Of a stretch of 32,451 bases of DNA, positions 8,827 to 17,206 are shown in pieces; positions within the stretch are counted from its first letter, which is position 1, and every line of letters begins with the position of its first letter. The notes beneath the pieces are model-generated. The model made no database searches, had not been told where the DNA came from, and saw only the letters and a list, made by a program, of their open reading frames with translations. The translations under genes and the position numbers were made by a program. The stretch comes from Candidatus Hodarchaeota archaeon (GTDB lineage: Archaea > Asgardarchaeota > Heimdallarchaeia > Hodarchaeales > Hodarchaeaceae), in contig JAHQWW010000029.1 of assembly GCA_029856365.1 (NCBI GenBank), positions 1 to 32,451 on the forward strand. The letters are read 5' to 3'.

Positions 8827-10536
8827 ATGTCCAATAATTTGTCTATTTCTGGCGGATCGTTGGTTGCAAAAAGTCTCGCTCAAGAAGGGGTTCAATATGT
8901 GTTCTCGATTTCTGGAGGACATATCAATGCTATTTACAAAGCTCTTGACGAAGAAGGTATTCAGATCATCACCACACGACATGAACAAGCTGCAGGTAAT
9001 GCGGCTGAAGGATGGGCTATAACCACCCGTAAGCCTGGCGTTTGTTTAGTAACTGCAGGCCCAGGCTTTGCCAATCTTCTTCCCGCCCTTATTTCAGCGT
9101 ATTATACCCGAAGCCCAGTTGTTGCTTTAACAGGGCATAGTGCTCTGTGTCACATTGATAAATATGCTAACCAAGAAAGTGATCAGATTCCTCTAGCAAC
9201 AAATGTTACGAAATATGCCAAAATGATACATAAGACCGCTAGGATACCAGAATATATTCAAGAAGCATTCCGAGTTGCTACATCAGAGAATATGGGACCT
9301 GTATTATTAGATATCCCTCAAGATATTCAGACGCTTCATTGGGAGCCCAATGATGAGGATTTTTTCTTTAATCGTAAGCCAAAGACTTATCGAGTGCATG
9401 GAAAGACATATCCAGACCCTTTACTAGTTAAAAAAGCTTCCCAGCTTCTTCTAGCAGCAGAAAAGCCAGTTATCATTGCAGGAAGCGGCGTTTATTGGGG
9501 GAATGCTTCCGAGAGTTTATTACGAGTAGCAGAATTTTTATCAATTCCCATAGCACACGATGAGCTAGGCATGGGCTGTATACCAGGCCTACATCCTCTC
9601 TCGATTGGAAATGCGATCCAGAATATACTTCTCAGAGACGCTGATGTCATACTTGTTTTAGGAGTAACCTTTGGAGAAATGCAAGGATTTGGAACCAATC
9701 CTAATATATACAATAGGGATGTTAAAGTAATTTGGGTCGATCCTGATTCTCAAGTTATTGGTAAGAATCGTCCGTTTGAACTTGGAATCACTTCATCCAT
9801 TAAACCTTTTCTTATAGAATTGTTATCTGCTTTAAAAAAAGAAACTATTAGAGATAATCTCCATGGAGAATGGAGTAAATTAGTGAAGCAAAACCGTTTA
9901 GATTTAGAATCCATGCTTATGGATTCTACTGATTCAAATGATATCCCTATAAAACCACAGCGGCTTACAAAAGAGATTCAACCATTTTTGGACGAGAACA
10001 CTAGATTAATTCTGGATGGAGGGGACACTACTGTATGGGCGTTATTAATCCTGAAGTCAAGCTATCCAGGTCAAATATACATGGCACATGGCCCAGCAGG
10101 GCATCTAGGTGCTGGACTGCCTATGGGAATTGGGTCTAAGCTTGCGGAACCTGACCGAAATATAATGGTTCTGACTGGTGATGGAAGTTTCCTCTTTAAT
10201 GGAGCTGAAATAGATACTGCTGTTCGATATGATATTCCTCTCGTTATCATTATTGAAAATGATTCTGCTTGGGGTATGATTGCTCACAACCAAGAATTAT
10301 CTTGGGGCCGTCGAATTGGTACGGACTTAAATGAGAAAATTGATTATGTTAAATTTGCTGAAAGTCTTGGTGGTCAAGGAGAACTTATCACCCGGCCCGA
10401 AGACATCTCTGGAGCTATAGAAAGAGCCCGTCAAAGTGGCCATATAGCATTAGTTGATGTTCGGATTGATCCCAATGAAATAAATATATTGAACCAACGG
10501 GCGGCTGCGGCTAACGATCCAAGCTTTTGGCAATGA
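8827..10536 (+). CDS. ThDP-dependent enzyme, acetolactate synthase-like superfamily (ILVBL/2-hydroxyacyl-CoA lyase-like)
   Basis: SGGHI, RHEQAA, TAGPG, DGGDT and the ThDP motif GDGSF...END. Confidence 0.9.
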   Translation: MSNNLSISGGSLVAKSLAQEGVQYVFSISGGHINAIYKALDEEGIQIITTRHEQAAGNAAEGWAITTRKPGVCLVTAGPGFANLLPALISAYYTRSPVVALTGHSALCHIDKYANQESDQIPLATNVTKYAKMIHKTARIPEYIQEAFRVATSENMGPVLLDIPQDIQTLHWEPNDEDFFFNRKPKTYRVHGKTYPDPLLVKKASQLLLAAEKPVIIAGSGVYWGNASESLLRVAEFLSIPIAHDELGMGCIPGLHPLSIGNAIQNILLRDADVILVLGVTFGEMQGFGTNPNIYNRDVKVIWVDPDSQVIGKNRPFELGITSSIKPFLIELLSALKKETIRDNLHGEWSKLVKQNRLDLESMLMDSTDSNDIPIKPQRLTKEIQPFLDENTRLILDGGDTTVWALLILKSSYPGQIYMAHGPAGHLGAGLPMGIGSKLAEPDRNIMVLTGDGSFLFNGAEIDTAVRYDIPLVIIIENDSAWGMIAHNQELSWGRRIGTDLNEKIDYVKFAESLGGQGELITRPEDISGAIERARQSGHIALVDVRIDPNEINILNQRAAAANDPSFWQ

Positions 10537-10552
10537 AATAGTGGATGCTACC

Positions 10553-11512
10553 ATGACAACACTCATTACTGGGGGAACAGGATTTATTGGGTCGTTTTTA
10601 GCTCGTTATTTGATAGAGACAACAAATGAAGAGCTAATCCTCTATGATTATATCATTAATGAAAAGAGAATAAGAGACTTGAAAGATAATCCGAGGGTAA
10701 AAGTTATTCAAGGGGATTTATCCAGCAGGCCAGAATTAAACCTGTGTTTTGAATCTCATCAAACGATAGAAAATATCTTTCATTTTGGCAGCTTGATGCC
10801 TCCATTTACCGAGTCTAAGACCGAAAATGCTTTTCAAGTTAATATTCAAGGTACTTTCAACATACTTGAGTGTGCACGCATCTTCGGCTCTTCTAAGGTT
10901 TTCTATTCGAGCAGTGCAGCCATATACAGCCCAGGTGACGATCTTCCTATTACTGAAAAGACATATCGTGAACCCTTAACCATGTATGGCGTTGGTAAAG
11001 TATGTTCAGAAGTAATGGGAACATTTTACCATCGTCGGAAAAATATTAACTTTACTACTCTTAGACTCCCCGCCCTCATTGGACCTGGAAGGACGGGTGC
11101 AGGTATGACAATATATGCCAATAATATCATCCAGTATCCCGCTCAAGGACTGAAAGGGGTCTGTAATGTAGAACCAGAAATAACAATTCCCATTTTATAT
11201 ATTAAAGATGTAACAAAACTTTTGGGAAGCTTCTTAGAGCGGGAAAGTATTAGCGAACAGGCATACAATCTTGATGGCTTTTGGATTTCGGCCAAAGAAT
11301 TAGCTGATCTAGTACAACAAGAAATTCCTGAGGCTGTAATTGAATATGAACCAGATGTTGAGTTATCTTTTCTACTGAAATTCTTATCAATGATGGAAGG
11401 CGATGATACATTAATTCGCAAAGATTTGGAATTTAAACCTGAATTTCCCCCTAAAAAAATGGTAAAAGATTTTATTTTGGAAGTCCGAAGAAATCCTTAT
11501 TATCAAGTTTAG
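10553..11512 (+). CDS. Extended SDR / NAD-dependent epimerase-dehydratase (L-threonine 3-dehydrogenase-like)
   Basis: TGGTGFIG Rossmann motif, YSSS, and PLTMYGVGK (YxxxK). ATG 10553 is preferred over GTG 10541. Confidence 0.85.
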   Translation: MTTLITGGTGFIGSFLARYLIETTNEELILYDYIINEKRIRDLKDNPRVKVIQGDLSSRPELNLCFESHQTIENIFHFGSLMPPFTESKTENAFQVNIQGTFNILECARIFGSSKVFYSSSAAIYSPGDDLPITEKTYREPLTMYGVGKVCSEVMGTFYHRRKNINFTTLRLPALIGPGRTGAGMTIYANNIIQYPAQGLKGVCNVEPEITIPILYIKDVTKLLGSFLERESISEQAYNLDGFWISAKELADLVQQEIPEAVIEYEPDVELSFLLKFLSMMEGDDTLIRKDLEFKPEFPPKKMVKDFILEVRRNPYYQV

Positions 11513-11522
11513 AAGAACACTG

Positions 11523-12491
11523 GTGAAAGAAGTGGATGTTTCCATTATAAAGGAAATTGGCATAGTTGGAGCTGGGGTTATGGGACCATCGATTGCAGAG
11601 TTATTCGCGATTTTTGGAGCCTCTTATGATTTTTCTATTGTAGTTTATGATATCTCTCCTACTCAGTTGGAGAAAGCGAAGTCTCGGATAGACATTGATT
11701 TCACTAAAGTTAGCAGTACTGGTTTGTTTAGTTCTTCTGATCTCGAGATAGCTCGCAATCGGATCCAATTGGAGACCGATATCAATTCATTTGCGGACTC
11801 CCACCTTATCATCGAAGCTGTTCCAGAAAAGCTTGATTTAAAACTTAAAGTTTTCAAAGAATTAGATAAACTCACATCTCCAACAACTATCCTAGCAACC
11901 AATTCATCTGGATTAAGTGTTACAAAAATCGCAACAGTAACAAACCGACCTACATTATGTATTGGAACTCATTTTATGAATCCTCCCCTTCTCATGCCCC
12001 TTGTAGAAGTAGTTAAAGGTCATCAGACATCGGATCAGACTGTTCAAACGATTATGGAACTTCTTTCAAACGTCAATAAACGTCCAGTCCTAGTTAAGAA
12101 AGATATTCCTGGTTATGTCCATAATAGATTACAAGCAGCGTTATTCAGGGAAGTCATGCACTTATTAGATGAAGATGTAATAAATGTTTCAGATCTGGAG
12201 ACCACAGTAAGGTACGGGTTGGGTTTACGTCTTCCTATCATGAAGGTATTTGAGATGGTAGATTTTATGGGGTTGGATACAATTCAAAATGTTCTTACAT
12301 ATCTTTATCCCGCATTAAATCGGTCAATACTTCCTCCTGACTTCTTGAGAGAGATGATCGAGGCTGGAAATCTAGGGGTGAAAAGTGGAAAAGGATTTCA
12401 TGATTATTCACGACAAGATATACTAGCGTCTATGAAACAAAAAGAAGCTGCCACTTTTCAGCTCCTTATGATGATGCAGCAGTATGATTGA
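11523..12491 (+). CDS. 3-hydroxyacyl-CoA dehydrogenase family protein
   Basis: GAGVMG, IIEAVPE, ATNSS, THFMNPP, GYVHNRLQ and LGVKSGKGFHDY motifs. Confidence 0.9.
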   Translation: MKEVDVSIIKEIGIVGAGVMGPSIAELFAIFGASYDFSIVVYDISPTQLEKAKSRIDIDFTKVSSTGLFSSSDLEIARNRIQLETDINSFADSHLIIEAVPEKLDLKLKVFKELDKLTSPTTILATNSSGLSVTKIATVTNRPTLCIGTHFMNPPLLMPLVEVVKGHQTSDQTVQTIMELLSNVNKRPVLVKKDIPGYVHNRLQAALFREVMHLLDEDVINVSDLETTVRYGLGLRLPIMKVFEMVDFMGLDTIQNVLTYLYPALNRSILPPDFLREMIEAGNLGVKSGKGFHDYSRQDILASMKQKEAATFQLLMMMQQYD

Positions 12492-12498
12492 GAAGTGT

Positions 12499-13227
12499 TT
12501 AATCAGAAGGATCTGTTGTTAATAGAGATAACAATTCTTCGATGGATTCTACTCTTTCTTTAGCGTAAACATTTATTGTCGTCTGTAATATAAGACCATT
12601 TATTCTCTGTAATTCTTCATATGACGGTTTATATGTGTTCAAACCAATTTTCTGCAATCTCTTATCACTTCTATCAAATGGAGGGAGTATTTTATTAGTC
12701 TTGAATATTCCATTCCATAACCGAGGAGAACTTTGAAACAAGATCCACTGTGCTTCTTTAATACTAACTTGCCAATCATTAAGTTTAATATTTATTTCTG
12801 TGAAGAATTCCTTTGTTCTAGCTAAACGGAGTTTAGCTCCTCCCCGTGCTTTACCGCGTTGAGCCTGATAAATTAATTGAGCTTTTCCCTGTTTTTTTCT
12901 TACCATATACTTTTTTATAATCTTATGATGGATTAGAATGCCATTTTGACTAAAACCCAATGCTGCATGGCCTGCTCGGATGAGAAGGATTAAATAGGAA
13001 GGTACTTCTGGTGGAACGTCCTTCAATTGATTTAAGTTTATCTGTTCAACTTTTTTCATGAAAAAAAGAGGAGAAAATTGCATTTTGCATTGAAAATCCC
13101 CGTAAGTATTGATATATTGAAAAATTTTTTCAGACTTGTTATAAACAAATTTATGATGAATTGTCATTATCCGTTTTAAGAAATCGAGAGAGTCAACATA
13201 TGAGAGTACCAATTGGAAGTGTGTCAA
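12499..13227 (-). CDS. Vms1/ANKZF1-like release factor (VLRF1, bVLRF1-type)
   Basis: LLIRAGHAALG...HKIIKKYMVRKKQGKAQ...GKARGGAKLR and C-terminal DKRLQKI...KPSYEELQRI. These match the Vms1 pattern HRYTxRxKQGxxQ...AGSxLR...RPTxxEL. Confidence 0.8.
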   Translation of the reverse strand: MTHFQLVLSYVDSLDFLKRIMTIHHKFVYNKSEKIFQYINTYGDFQCKMQFSPLFFMKKVEQINLNQLKDVPPEVPSYLILLIRAGHAALGFSQNGILIHHKIIKKYMVRKKQGKAQLIYQAQRGKARGGAKLRLARTKEFFTEINIKLNDWQVSIKEAQWILFQSSPRLWNGIFKTNKILPPFDRSDKRLQKIGLNTYKPSYEELQRINGLILQTTINVYAKERVESIEELLSLLTTDPSD

Positions 13228-13296
13228 AATTCTTAACCATATTTCTGTAAATAGTATAAGTTATTAAAATGCCTAGGTTTGAAAAAAAGGCTTATT

Positions 13297-13866
13297 CTAA
13301 AAATTCTTTGGTTTACAGATCGGCACCTTCATTTTCAATTTAAAAAGCTTGTGCGAATAAGAGGGCCTGATAATCCATGCCGTATCAAGTCCCCTACCTG
13401 TTCCAGCGACAGATATAATATCTTTAGTTGTATCCACAAGGCCTGCGTCGGAAACCATGATCGCCATTTCCATTGTTACCTTAGTTCCTTCACCAAAGCA
13501 ACGTCTTAATGTAATCGCTAGCATTTCAATAGGCAGCATTGTTTGATGCTTTAAACGAAAACTTCGTTCTAATCCCGCAAATGCATGAGTTCCAGTGTGA
13601 AAAATAGTAGTGGACCGTTTTTGAAGTATTTCTTCTTTGATTTCTATGGGAAATTCATTACCAACATCTTGAAAGCCGTCTTGATGAGTAACAATTATTA
13701 ATCGAAATGATTCACTAAAAATATTAATAGCTTCGAGGGCTGATCTACCCTTAGTGCTTGCGACAACAATGGTGGTTATATTTAACTCGTTTGCAGCTAT
13801 ATATGCAAGCTTTAAAGTGGTTAATGTATTTTCACGCCCAGATTTGTTAAAATAATTTGATTCCAT
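13297..13866 (-). CDS. Stand-alone pyruvate kinase C-terminal (PK_C)-like protein
   Basis: YFNKSGRENT, IVVASTKG, VTH, THAFAG, FGEGTKV..E..IM.SDAG and GTGRGLDTA, typical of the archaeal PK alpha/beta domain-only family. Confidence 0.85.
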   Translation of the reverse strand: MESNYFNKSGRENTLTTLKLAYIAANELNITTIVVASTKGRSALEAINIFSESFRLIIVTHQDGFQDVGNEFPIEIKEEILQKRSTTIFHTGTHAFAGLERSFRLKHQTMLPIEMLAITLRRCFGEGTKVTMEMAIMVSDAGLVDTTKDIISVAGTGRGLDTAWIIRPSYSHKLFKLKMKVPICKPKNF

Positions 13867-14058
13867 AATATAACCTTCTAATAGATCCTAAATTTATAAT
13901 AGGATTTCAATATTGCTTCGTATGTTAAGATTTTTATAAAATATTACTCAAATGAGCAAATAGGAAATTTTTAATAGAATCATTCGTTAAACATGTAAAA
14001 AACAATTCACAGGGAGATTTCAAAGATAAAAAAACCACCAAAGTATCAAATCCGCAAT

Positions 14059-14502
14059 TTGGGCTCTAAAACTGATTTTCATGAATTAACAAAGATTTTT
14101 TCGCAGTTCGACATTCCTAATTTCTATCATGGATTGAAAAAGAATCATCTTTGTCTAGTAGCTAAAGCTGATTATGGTGAGATCCTCGGGGGGATTGTTT
14201 TTCAAATTAAAGAACATCATGCATTCGTTATCAGTGTAGCAGTTAAAAATCAATATCAAAGAAACAGAATTGGAAGCTCCTTGATGCGTGTCGTTGAAGA
14301 AATTGTTATTTTTGATGTCAAAAGAATCGAAGTTATCGCCCCAAAAGATGAGAGAAAGAATTTTTACTTATTCTTGGGTTATAAACAATATAGAGAAAAT
14401 CATATGGATAAGTGGCTAAGTTTTTTCAAGCGATCCTATTATTTTGTTAAAAAAACGTTTAATTATAAGATGGCGCCCAGTGGTATCCCATATACATCTT
14501 GA
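14059..14502 (+). CDS. GNAT-family N-acetyltransferase (true start uncertain, probably upstream)
   Basis: Motif A VAVKNQYQRNRIGSSLM and NFYLFLGY. The frame is open upstream to 13999 and includes KYQIRNL. Confidence 0.75.
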   Translation: MGSKTDFHELTKIFSQFDIPNFYHGLKKNHLCLVAKADYGEILGGIVFQIKEHHAFVISVAVKNQYQRNRIGSSLMRVVEEIVIFDVKRIEVIAPKDERKNFYLFLGYKQYRENHMDKWLSFFKRSYYFVKKTFNYKMAPSGIPYTS

Positions 14503-14523
14503 AAATGAGTTAAGCTTAATTAT

Positions 14524-15573
14524 CTATATGAAATCTCCAAAAGAAAGATAATCAATCCTTGATTTTATTTGTTCTAAAATAGTAGATTTGATTGTGGACT
14601 GTGTAAGTTTAGACGCAGATTCTAACGTTTTTATTCCATCCCCAATCGAGAGACTTATTGTATCAAAGATTTGATGAGCCAGTTTCATGTCTCCGAGTGA
14701 ATACTCGATCCATAGGGCAATATCACTTCTCGGGCTTGGTGACGTCCTCTCGCCTGCGAGATTAGATTGACTCATTCTGTAACAGTGAAAACAAAATACG
14801 TCTAATGGAAGTTCTGTTAACTGTTCATAGAAACTCACGAGGTCATTAGCCATTCCAATGATTTCATTTCCTTTGAAAAAATAGAATGGTGCATTGCTTT
14901 TTGATAGAGCTCGCTTAGCAATAAAAGGAAGTGAATCCTTAATCTCATATGCTTCATTAGTATCCCATGTCATTGATTGAATGAGGGATGAACGATGTTT
15001 TACTCTTGGTTGTTGATATTTATCAAAGATTTGATAACCGTCATGAAGATCAACCAGCTCTGCAAAATCTAAAATATCAATAGAAGAAGGATATAGACAG
15101 CAGCAATCTATTGGAAAACCATACCTATTTTGAAAAAGCTCTTTCAATATTTTTTCAAAATTAATGACTCCAGGTTTGTTAGAGACAATATGTTCTTCAA
15201 AATTAAATAGAAAACAAACGCCGGAAATATCGTCTCCCTTTATTGCTTCCCAAATATAGTTTCGTAGGATTTCCCTTATTTTTTCTAATTGATTTTGATT
15301 CATTAATTGAAGAAGCTTACTTATTGGGTATTGATTCAATATTTTATGAAATAATAGATCCCCACTCTCTTTCTGATCTGTGAATTTTATAAAAGATAGA
15401 TTGATCGTTTTATCATCATAGACTAATAGTTTCTTCTGATTGAGATATTGATCCAAACTCCATCCTTTGATTGCGTTCCAAGCGATGTCCGCTTCGAATA
15501 GCAACATTTCATGACCGTTTATAATAGGTTGCTCGAGAACAGAGTGAGAATTATTCAATATATCAGAGTTCAT
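14524..15573 (-). CDS. MEDS-like sensor domain fused to a DUF5752-like domain
   Basis: N-half GHEMLLFE...CCCLY...LVDLHD is MEDS-like. C-half PFYFF...ANDLVSFYEQL...FH...SDIALWIEYSLGDMKLA is DUF5752-like. Confidence 0.55.
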   Translation of the reverse strand: MNSDILNNSHSVLEQPIINGHEMLLFEADIAWNAIKGWSLDQYLNQKKLLVYDDKTINLSFIKFTDQKESGDLLFHKILNQYPISKLLQLMNQNQLEKIREILRNYIWEAIKGDDISGVCFLFNFEEHIVSNKPGVINFEKILKELFQNRYGFPIDCCCLYPSSIDILDFAELVDLHDGYQIFDKYQQPRVKHRSSLIQSMTWDTNEAYEIKDSLPFIAKRALSKSNAPFYFFKGNEIIGMANDLVSFYEQLTELPLDVFCFHCYRMSQSNLAGERTSPSPRSDIALWIEYSLGDMKLAHQIFDTISLSIGDGIKTLESASKLTQSTIKSTILEQIKSRIDYLSFGDFI

Positions 15574-15602
15574 ACCTTCGTTCTAGAATATGGGAGTACT
15601 AC

Positions 15603-15611
15603 TATATAAAA
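15603..15611 (-). promoter_or_regulatory. Putative archaeal TATA box for the 14524-15573 gene
   Basis: TTTTATATA on the minus strand, about 30 nt upstream of ATG 15573, the spacing expected for a short-leader transcript. Confidence 0.4.
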
Positions 15612-15858
15612 TCATCCAATATTTGATTTGTTTGAGGAATTCACTGAAAACTGTTAGATTTGGAAGCTAATTTGTCAAAAAGGGACAGATAATATCTAAT
15701 CCGGAATAAAATTCAAGGATTATCGCGATGGTGTGTCACCCTGTTATGAAGTGAAACAAAAAAATTTCTTCATCAATCTTAATCTTGGAGATATGAATTA
15801 ACCGATTTTAAACTTTAAAACATAAAAAAAGAATCACAGGAACCATTAAAAGTTTCTT

Positions 15859-17094
15859 TTAAGTTCTTGTCTGATTTTTTCCCCACCATCGCCATTGTGC
15901 TTCTTGCAGTTTCAAGATTGTCCATTCTAAGCTAAACTTGAAGTTCCACTTCTGCCAGATAAAAGCAATAAGAATGAAAATCAATGAATAAAAGAATCCT
16001 AGAATCATGGCAGCTGTTTCAGAAGAGATCAATGCTTTTAGGAGTGGTGTTTCTGGTGAAATAATATAAACTACATTATGAATAATAAAAATTGTCAATG
16101 TAATCTTACTAATAAGAATAAGAGGGGAGACTATCTTGATAACAGTTTGATGAGAACCATGTGAATTTAAATCAAGAAAAAGAATTAAGAACATTGTTGA
16201 AAGTATTATGGTGCCAATAGATATGAATAAAAACGAGGAGGAAGCAGGATAATACACTGCAGTTGAAATATATTTTTCTATTCCTAAATATAAAGCCCCT
16301 ATAACCAGAGGCACTACCCCACTTAATAATACTAATCTCACTTTCTTTAATATTGCGGATTTCTGTTCATGAGGTAAATCAAGAAAGATTGCAATAATTC
16401 CTCCAATAATTGGAAAAGACAGCCAAGGAATAACTGGGTTTTGGCCATATTCGAATACGGTTCGCTTAAGAATCGAGTCAACTGTTAAATCTACATGCAT
16501 TTTTTCAATTGCCAAACCACTTGAAAAGTCATGAATGAATAGAAATATCGCTATTATAACGCCCAGAAAGAACACCAAGACGCTTATACTCACTTTCCGA
16601 TAGTTATAGGCTTTTTTTTCCTCTAGTTTCCATGTCAACTCAAATACCAATAACAGAAAGATTGTAGAGAGAGAAAATAAATGAAATAATTCCCAGGTGA
16701 GAAAATAATTAAGTAGATACTCAGGATTTGTCACTAATCCTGCCGATCCTTCACAGAATTCTGCAACCAAAAAGAAGATTACTGCGCGTTTTAACAAGCG
16801 AGTTCGACTATTACGACGTTCGAAATTTGAGCTGCTTCTTCTCAACAGAGAATTAACAACGTTAAATCCATAAAGAAAAAAAAATAAAGGAGGGATCACC
16901 ATTGCTGTTGTCATAAAAATGTTTGTAGTCAATATCACGTTTGGCCATCGATTATCAAGTTGATGATCCCACCACAACATTGTATGCCAGACAATGAAAT
17001 AAAACACTGAAATCCCTTGAAGAATGTCAACTGATGCTAGATAAAACTGTTCCTGCTTGCCTTTTTGGATTGTATTCATATTTATTCTTCTCAC
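15859..17094 (-). CDS. Polytopic membrane protein, HGSNAT/DUF1624-like acyltransferase domain
   Basis: LASVDILQGISVFYFIVWH (SLDxLRG...H-like), PPLFFFLYG, LLKRA, PVIPW, TLTIFIIH and SLEW; about 10 hydrophobic segments. The start may be ATG 17079. Confidence 0.7.
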   Translation of the reverse strand: MRRINMNTIQKGKQEQFYLASVDILQGISVFYFIVWHTMLWWDHQLDNRWPNVILTTNIFMTTAMVIPPLFFFLYGFNVVNSLLRRSSSNFERRNSRTRLLKRAVIFFLVAEFCEGSAGLVTNPEYLLNYFLTWELFHLFSLSTIFLLLVFELTWKLEEKKAYNYRKVSISVLVFFLGVIIAIFLFIHDFSSGLAIEKMHVDLTVDSILKRTVFEYGQNPVIPWLSFPIIGGIIAIFLDLPHEQKSAILKKVRLVLLSGVVPLVIGALYLGIEKYISTAVYYPASSSFLFISIGTIILSTMFLILFLDLNSHGSHQTVIKIVSPLILISKITLTIFIIHNVVYIISPETPLLKALISSETAAMILGFFYSLIFILIAFIWQKWNFKFSLEWTILKLQEAQWRWWGKNQTRT

Positions 17095-17206
17095 AAATAC
17101 AAATCAAGATTTTAATGATTAAATTCATTTTTTCTACTTGATGTTTTTAAGGAACACTCCTTTTAGGAAAAAATATAAATTAAGATTATTCTTAAAGGCT
17201 GATTAA

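Noticed and set aside
15612-15858. Intergenic stretch as a hidden gene or RNA
   Set aside because: The plus-strand frames I translated are interrupted by stops, and I saw no convincing stem or motif.
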